This document shows, in pieces, positions 27,386-32,000 of a DNA stretch of 32,000 nt; the stretch's first letter is position 1, and each line of letters starts with the position of its first letter. Location of the stretch: assembly GCF_900232105.1 (NCBI RefSeq), contig NZ_LT934425.1:2550001-2582000 (forward strand), given 5' to 3'. The translations under genes were made by a program, and so were the position numbers. Under the pieces are notes generated by a model, which made no database searches, was not told the DNA's origin, and was given only the letters and a program-made list of their open reading frames with translations. The DNA is from Candidatus Kuenenia stuttgartensis (GTDB lineage Bacteria; Planctomycetota; Brocadiia; Brocadiales; Brocadiaceae).

Positions 27386-28016
27386 AGAGTTAGCGATAAT
27401 AATTGTTAGTGTTGTTTTTGTAAATAATTTTGTCCTGGCAAAATTCCTGGGGCTCTGCCCATTCCTTGGTGTTTCTCAAAAGACCTCCTCGGCGCTTGGC
27501 ATGGGCGCCGCCGTAACGTTTGTAATGACGCTTGCTTCCGCCATTACGTGGATTTTATACAATTATATTCTGTTGCCGGGTGATGCGAACCTCGTGGGTA
27601 TGGTTTTCCCTTCTATTGGGGAAACAGGGCTTATTGAGGTGTTAAAGACGATCAGCTACATACTTGTGATTGCAACGCTCGTACAGTTAGTTGAAATGAT
27701 GCTTCGCAAGATGGTTCCTGCGTTGTACGACAGTCTGGGCGTCTTTTTGCCGCTTATTACCACAAACTGCGCCGTGTTGGGTGTGGCGCTTTTAAACACT
27801 ACGGATTCTCCGCAGCATTTAGGGTTTATAGAAGCAATCGTTCAGGGCTTTGGTGCGGGTATCGGTTTTACGGTAGCCATATTACTAATGTCTGGTATCA
27901 GGGAGCGCCTGGCGTTGCTTAGCATACCAAAACCTTTACAGGGGCTTCCCATTGCGTTTATATGCACAGGCCTTATGGCATTGGCTTTTTTCGGATTTTC
28001 AGGGATGGTACCATAG
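27378..28016 (+). CDS. rnfA: Rnf electron transport complex subunit A
   Basis: NNFVLAKFLGLCPFLGVSQKTSSALGMGAAVTFVMTLAS...LGVFLPLITTNCAVLGVALLN...AILLMSGIRERL; overlaps rnfE by 8 bp. Confidence 0.95.
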   Translation: MIKELAIIIVSVVFVNNFVLAKFLGLCPFLGVSQKTSSALGMGAAVTFVMTLASAITWILYNYILLPGDANLVGMVFPSIGETGLIEVLKTISYILVIATLVQLVEMMLRKMVPALYDSLGVFLPLITTNCAVLGVALLNTTDSPQHLGFIEAIVQGFGAGIGFTVAILLMSGIRERLALLSIPKPLQGLPIAFICTGLMALAFFGFSGMVP

Positions 28017-28018
28017 AT

Positions 28019-28498
28019 ATGCGTCACGTTATTTCTGTGTTAGTAGAGAACAAAGTTGGGGTTCTTGCCCGGATTACCGGCTTAATCAGCGGCAGGGGAT
28101 TTAACATCGATAGCCTTGCCGTGGGCGAGACCGAAAATCCCGATCTTTCCAGGATTACGATAGTTGTCAGGGGAGATGACGCTATTCTGGAGCAGGTAAG
28201 AAAACAGATCAACAAACTTATTGACGTTATTAAGATCACCGATTTTACCAATGAAGAGTTTGTCGAACGGGATTTAATGTTGCTGAAGATAAATTGTCCT
28301 ATCGGGAAACGCGGCGAGATTATAGAGATTGTGAATATTTTCAGAGGAAAGATTGTAGATGTTGGCCTGAGAGATCTCGTTATCGAGATTGCCGGAATAG
28401 AGGATAAGATTGAAGCAATGCTGGCGTTATTGCGTCCTTATGGAATAAAAGAACTGGTGAGAACGGGGAGCATTGCTATCACAAGGGGAGCACGGTAA
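28019..28498 (+). CDS. ilvN: Acetolactate synthase small (regulatory) subunit
   Basis: MRHVISVLVENKVGVLARITGLISGRGFNIDSLAVGETENPDLSRITIVV; starts 2 bp after the rnfA stop. Confidence 0.95.
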   Translation: MRHVISVLVENKVGVLARITGLISGRGFNIDSLAVGETENPDLSRITIVVRGDDAILEQVRKQINKLIDVIKITDFTNEEFVERDLMLLKINCPIGKRGEIIEIVNIFRGKIVDVGLRDLVIEIAGIEDKIEAMLALLRPYGIKELVRTGSIAITRGAR

Positions 28499-28548
28499 AA
28501 GATCAAGCGTGATTGGTATTGTTTGACTGAAAGACAAAAGGAAGGGTT

Positions 28549-29553
28549 ATGATAAAAATATATTATGAAAAAGATGCTGATATCAGCGTTTTAAAAGGAA
28601 AGAAGATCGCCGTCATAGGCTATGGCAGTCAGGGACACGCTCAGGCGCAAAACCTCAGGGAATCCGGTATGGAGGTAATTGTTTCTACCAGAGAAGGTAC
28701 GGCTAACTATCGGTTGGCCGTTAAGCATGGGTTTAAGCCGGTGAGTGCGGAGGCAGCGGCAAAAGAGGGCGATTTTATCCAGATACTTCTTCCTGATGAA
28801 TCCCAAAGGGCTATTTACGAAACGCAAATCAAGCCTCACGTTACGAAAGGAAAGACATTATGTTTTTCCCACGGGTTTAACATTCATTTTGGACAGGTAG
28901 TTCCTTCCGGCGATGTAGACGTAATTATGGTAGCGCCGAAGGGGCCAGGCCATCTGGTTCGCTCTGAATTTGAAAAAGGCGGCGGAGTTCCCTGTCTTAT
29001 GGCAATCCATCAGGATGTTACGGGAAAAGCAAAGGAAAAGGCATTGGCATATGCGCATGGGGTTGGTGGCACAAGAGGAGGGGTGATAGAAACTACCTTT
29101 GCCGAGGAGACGGAAACCGACCTGTTCGGCGAACAGGCGGTACTATGTGGTGGGGTATCTGCATTAGTAAAGGCAGGGTTTGAGACCCTCGTTGAGGCTG
29201 GTTACAAACCGGAGCTGGCTTATTTTGAATGCATGCACGAACTTAAACTGATAGTGGATCTTTTCTATCAGGGCGGCCTTAGTTATATGCGGTATTCGGT
29301 AAGCAATACTGCAGAATACGGTGATTTGACCCGTGGCCCCCGCATCATTACAGAAGAAACAAAAAAAGAAATGAAACGTATATTAGGCGAAATACAGTCG
29401 GGGCAATTTGCCAAAGAGTGGATATTGGAAAATCAGGCTGGTCGTCCAAGTTTTAACGCCCTGGAAAAGAAGGATAGAGAACACCAGCTTGAAAAAGTTG
29501 GCAGAGAATTGCGAAAAATGATGAAATGGATAAACGTTAAAGAGGTTACATAA
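28549..29553 (+). CDS. ilvC: Ketol-acid reductoisomerase
   Basis: [22 protein letters not shown]...[24 protein letters not shown]...[34 protein letters not shown]. Confidence 0.97.
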   Translation: MIKIYYEKDADISVLKGKKIAVIGYGSQGHAQAQNLRESGMEVIVSTREGTANYRLAVKHGFKPVSAEAAAKEGDFIQILLPDESQRAIYETQIKPHVTKGKTLCFSHGFNIHFGQVVPSGDVDVIMVAPKGPGHLVRSEFEKGGGVPCLMAIHQDVTGKAKEKALAYAHGVGGTRGGVIETTFAEETETDLFGEQAVLCGGVSALVKAGFETLVEAGYKPELAYFECMHELKLIVDLFYQGGLSYMRYSVSNTAEYGDLTRGPRIITEETKKEMKRILGEIQSGQFAKEWILENQAGRPSFNALEKKDREHQLEKVGRELRKMMKWINVKEVT

Positions 29554-29576
29554 TGGTTTTTGAATAGGAGAAATAA

Positions 29577-30578
29577 ATGTTAAAGTGCCGTAGCAAGGTT
29601 TTGGGATTTGTCTTATGTGGAATAGCAAGCATCTGTTTTAGCTATTCCGCCATGGCGTCAAAAGAGAAAGAAGCGACTGCCCCAAAGCAACAAGAAAAAA
29701 CAACGGAAGCAAAACAGATAGGTGATTCAAAGAAGGTGGTTGCGACTATCAATGGTGAAAGCATTACGAAGGCAGAGGTGGAACGAGTGCTGGAGAGATT
29801 TAAGAATCAGCTACCTCCGGACAGAATTGCTTCTGTTGAAAAACAGATAATTGATGGCTTGGTGGCACAGAAGTTGTTTTTGCAATTTATTAAGAAGAAT
29901 AAGATTGCAATAGGCGATGATGCGCTGAAGACGGAATTGGATAAAGTTCGTGAGGATATAAAACTGAATCCGGGGTTGCAAGGAAAGTCACTGGAAGAAG
30001 TGTTGGAATCACATGGTAGCAATATCGAAGACTTAAAGAGGGATATTACAATTTCTTTGTCTTTGGAAAAATACTTTGCTGATACCGTAAGCGATGCAAA
30101 AGTAAAAGACTATTTTGAAAAAAACAGACAGATATATGATGGCACTGAGGTTCAGGCCAGCCATATTTTAGTAGATACGCGTAACCTGCAGGGTGAAGAA
30201 GATCTGGCAAAGGCAAAGCAAAAGATAGAAAAGGTAAAAGCTGAGATCGCTGAAGGGAAAAAAGACTTTGCCAAGCTTGCCGAAGAATATTCTGATTGTC
30301 CGTCCTCGAAAAAAGGCGGAGATCTTGGCTATTTTGTAAGAAAGGGCCAGATGGTGGAACCATTTGCGGAGGCGGCTTTTGCTTTAAAAGTGGGAGAGGT
30401 GAGCGATGTTGTAACGACCCAGTTTGGATATCATATCATAAAGGTTACTGATATCAAAAAGGGCGGGGAAATTGATTTTAATGAATTAAAACCTGAAATT
30501 AAACTGGACATATTAAAACAAAATGCCGATTCCCTGCTGGACAGATTAAAGCAGCAGGCAAAGATTGAAATCAAGTAA
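29577..30578 (+). CDS. Parvulin-type peptidyl-prolyl isomerase (SurA/PrsA/PpiC-like)
   Basis: Signal peptide; ASHILVDTRNLQGEEDLAKAKQKIEKVKAEIAEGKKDFAKLAEEYSDCPSSKKGGDLGYFVRKGQMVEPFAEAAFALKVGEVSDVVTTQFGYHIIKV. Confidence 0.94.
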   Translation: MLKCRSKVLGFVLCGIASICFSYSAMASKEKEATAPKQQEKTTEAKQIGDSKKVVATINGESITKAEVERVLERFKNQLPPDRIASVEKQIIDGLVAQKLFLQFIKKNKIAIGDDALKTELDKVREDIKLNPGLQGKSLEEVLESHGSNIEDLKRDITISLSLEKYFADTVSDAKVKDYFEKNRQIYDGTEVQASHILVDTRNLQGEEDLAKAKQKIEKVKAEIAEGKKDFAKLAEEYSDCPSSKKGGDLGYFVRKGQMVEPFAEAAFALKVGEVSDVVTTQFGYHIIKVTDIKKGGEIDFNELKPEIKLDILKQNADSLLDRLKQQAKIEIK

Positions 30579-30628
30579 CATACGTAAACAGTAAAATATT
30601 TTCGATGCATTTTGGAGGTCTTTTAAAC

Positions 30629-30676
30629 AAAAAGCTTCCCTTCCGGCAATTAAATGAATAGGAAGGGAAGCTTTTT
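30629..30676 (+). terminator. Rho-independent terminator after the rnfE-rnfA-ilvN-ilvC-PPIase run
   Basis: aaaaagcttcccttcc ... ggaagggaagctttttttat: 16-bp stem with T tract. Confidence 0.85.
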
Positions 30677-30783
30677 TTATCTGTAAACAGTCTTAAAGTG
30701 TCTTTTAAAGCACAAGGGGAAAACAATAAATCAGGCTGCCCTTGGCACCTACTTTATGCTGCTGCTGCTGCTGTTGATGTTAA

Positions 30784-30812
30784 TGTAGAGACGCATGCAA
30801 TGCGTATCTACA
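30784..30812. repeat. Short dispersed-type palindrome
   Basis: tgtagagacgcat-gca-atgcgtatctaca inverted repeat; a similar half-site (gcgtgcgtctctac) occurs near 2148. Confidence 0.5.
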
Positions 30813-30994
30813 AAAATATTGAAATTTCTAAACTGGCATAGCCAGAACCAAACAAACAGGAAATAAAAAATACGAAATTCGAAGTACGAAATCCAAAACA
30901 AATTCCAAAATCCTCCCCCATCACCCCTTCCAAGGCTAATCTTTACCCACAAATTTCAAGAGCACCGTAGTTGTACGGCCAATTGAGCTGAAGG

Positions 30995-32000
30995 CTAAGT
31001 GGTGTAAAGTTCGTAAGCAACTTCAATATCAGCCAAACGTGACATGCCTCGCCAAAGTACTTCACTTCCGGGATGGCCATCACCACGGCGACCCAGATGA
31101 CCGCCAAGTTTACCTAAAAGCCGCACGGCATCATTGAGGCTTGGAGGTAAATCAGGAGGCTCCTTGACCTTGTTCGCAAAAGTTGTCAATGCTTTCCATT
31201 CAGAATCGCTGAAGTAGACAGTACAAGGGACATCAGGTGTTTCTTGTCCTAAAGTAGTCAGGTAATGGATACGCCAAGCTATAATCATATCAATGGCCAA
31301 AGCGTTGCACAGACGACGGGCACTCTCCAACTGCCGGGACTCGACACGACAACCGCTCTTGATAATACGATGATAACACTCAATACCCCATCGGCGAGCA
31401 TACCATTCCAAACGTTCGTAAGCATCTTTTTCTTGCTTAACCGCAACTGTGGTTAACAGCATCCATTCTAACCCATCAATTCCTATAGGCGGATTGACTT
31501 CCTGCGCCAGCACCGCCCACACCCTGACCGCAGGCATATTCTTTTTTAGCATAGGTGGGCGCAGCGTAACAGGCATCGTTCGTACCATAAGTATTGCCTG
31601 ACGTGCGGAGCGTTTCTCACTCGGAGGTATCAATATTTCGCGGGTACCTATAACCGGTTGCTGTTCCAGTTTAGTCCACAAAAACTCGCATGATTCTTTA
31701 TCATCAACAACCTTTCTATTGCGCGAACGTTCTGCGCGGATCAGCAACTGAGCGCCATCAGGCGTATTATACTGCTCAGCGAATACCTCGTGAATATCGG
31801 CCTCACGATCTGCCACAACCACCAGTAAAGATTTGTTTCGACAGCGTTTCTGTACTTGCGATACTGCATGGTAACTCTCCACCCATTTCCAGCTTTCCTT
31901 CTCTTCGATAGGCTTCTTGTGTCGTTTATGTTTGCTGCCTATTCCGTCCCGCGCCCAGCATTGCACATTCAGAAGTCCCAAGGGTGTACCACTTTCAGTA
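30995..32000 (-). mobile_element. IS4-family (Tn5/IS50-like) transposase, N-terminus beyond window
   Basis: PLGLLNVQCWARD, VVADREADIHEVF (second catalytic D), and WGIECYHRIIKSGCRVESRQLE (YREK-type catalytic E region); frame continues upstream of the tool's ATG to the window edge. Confidence 0.9.

Noticed and set aside
30749-30952. ORF encoding FWISYFEFRIFYFLFVW
   Set aside because: Low-complexity translation of a dispersed AT-rich repeat, not a plausible protein.

Overview
Window from a bacterial chromosome. Gene content suggests an anaerobic, possibly planctomycetal/anammox-like host; this is an inference only. Housekeeping content: a partial ABC substrate-binding protein, a J-domain-like protein, a GlcD-like FAD oxidase, an aspartate aminotransferase, dnaG, rpoD, a C4 zinc-ribbon protein and a well-supported RNase P RNA. 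It also has hisF, thiG, thiS, a DHH phosphoesterase, a family-4-type uracil-DNA glycosylase, a radical SAM protein, a MetE-C-like protein, rnfE, rnfA, ilvN, ilvC and a parvulin-type PPIase. The most interesting functional locus is a compact minus-strand NuoE / NuoF / GltD-NfnB-like operon (6753-11066). Its layout resembles a Sporomusa-type (StnABC) electron-bifurcating transhydrogenase. An incomplete Rnf module (rnfE-rnfA only) lies elsewhere in the window. Accessory region 20.6-23.9 kb holds a heptad-repeat coiled-coil gene and a decayed group II intron-type reverse transcriptase. The RT is inactivated by an exact 11-bp tandem duplication and by a dispersed-repeat insertion. The region also has a lipoprotein-like ORF that may have lost its start codon, and nested inverted-repeat (MITE-like) elements. 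Remnants of decayed transposases lie at 2.2-3.2 kb and 6.3 kb, and a partial Tn5/IS4-like transposase runs off the right edge. I found no convincing CRISPR array, DGR, retron, toxin-antitoxin or defence system. The closest thing to an under-described system is the bifurcating transhydrogenase-like operon.
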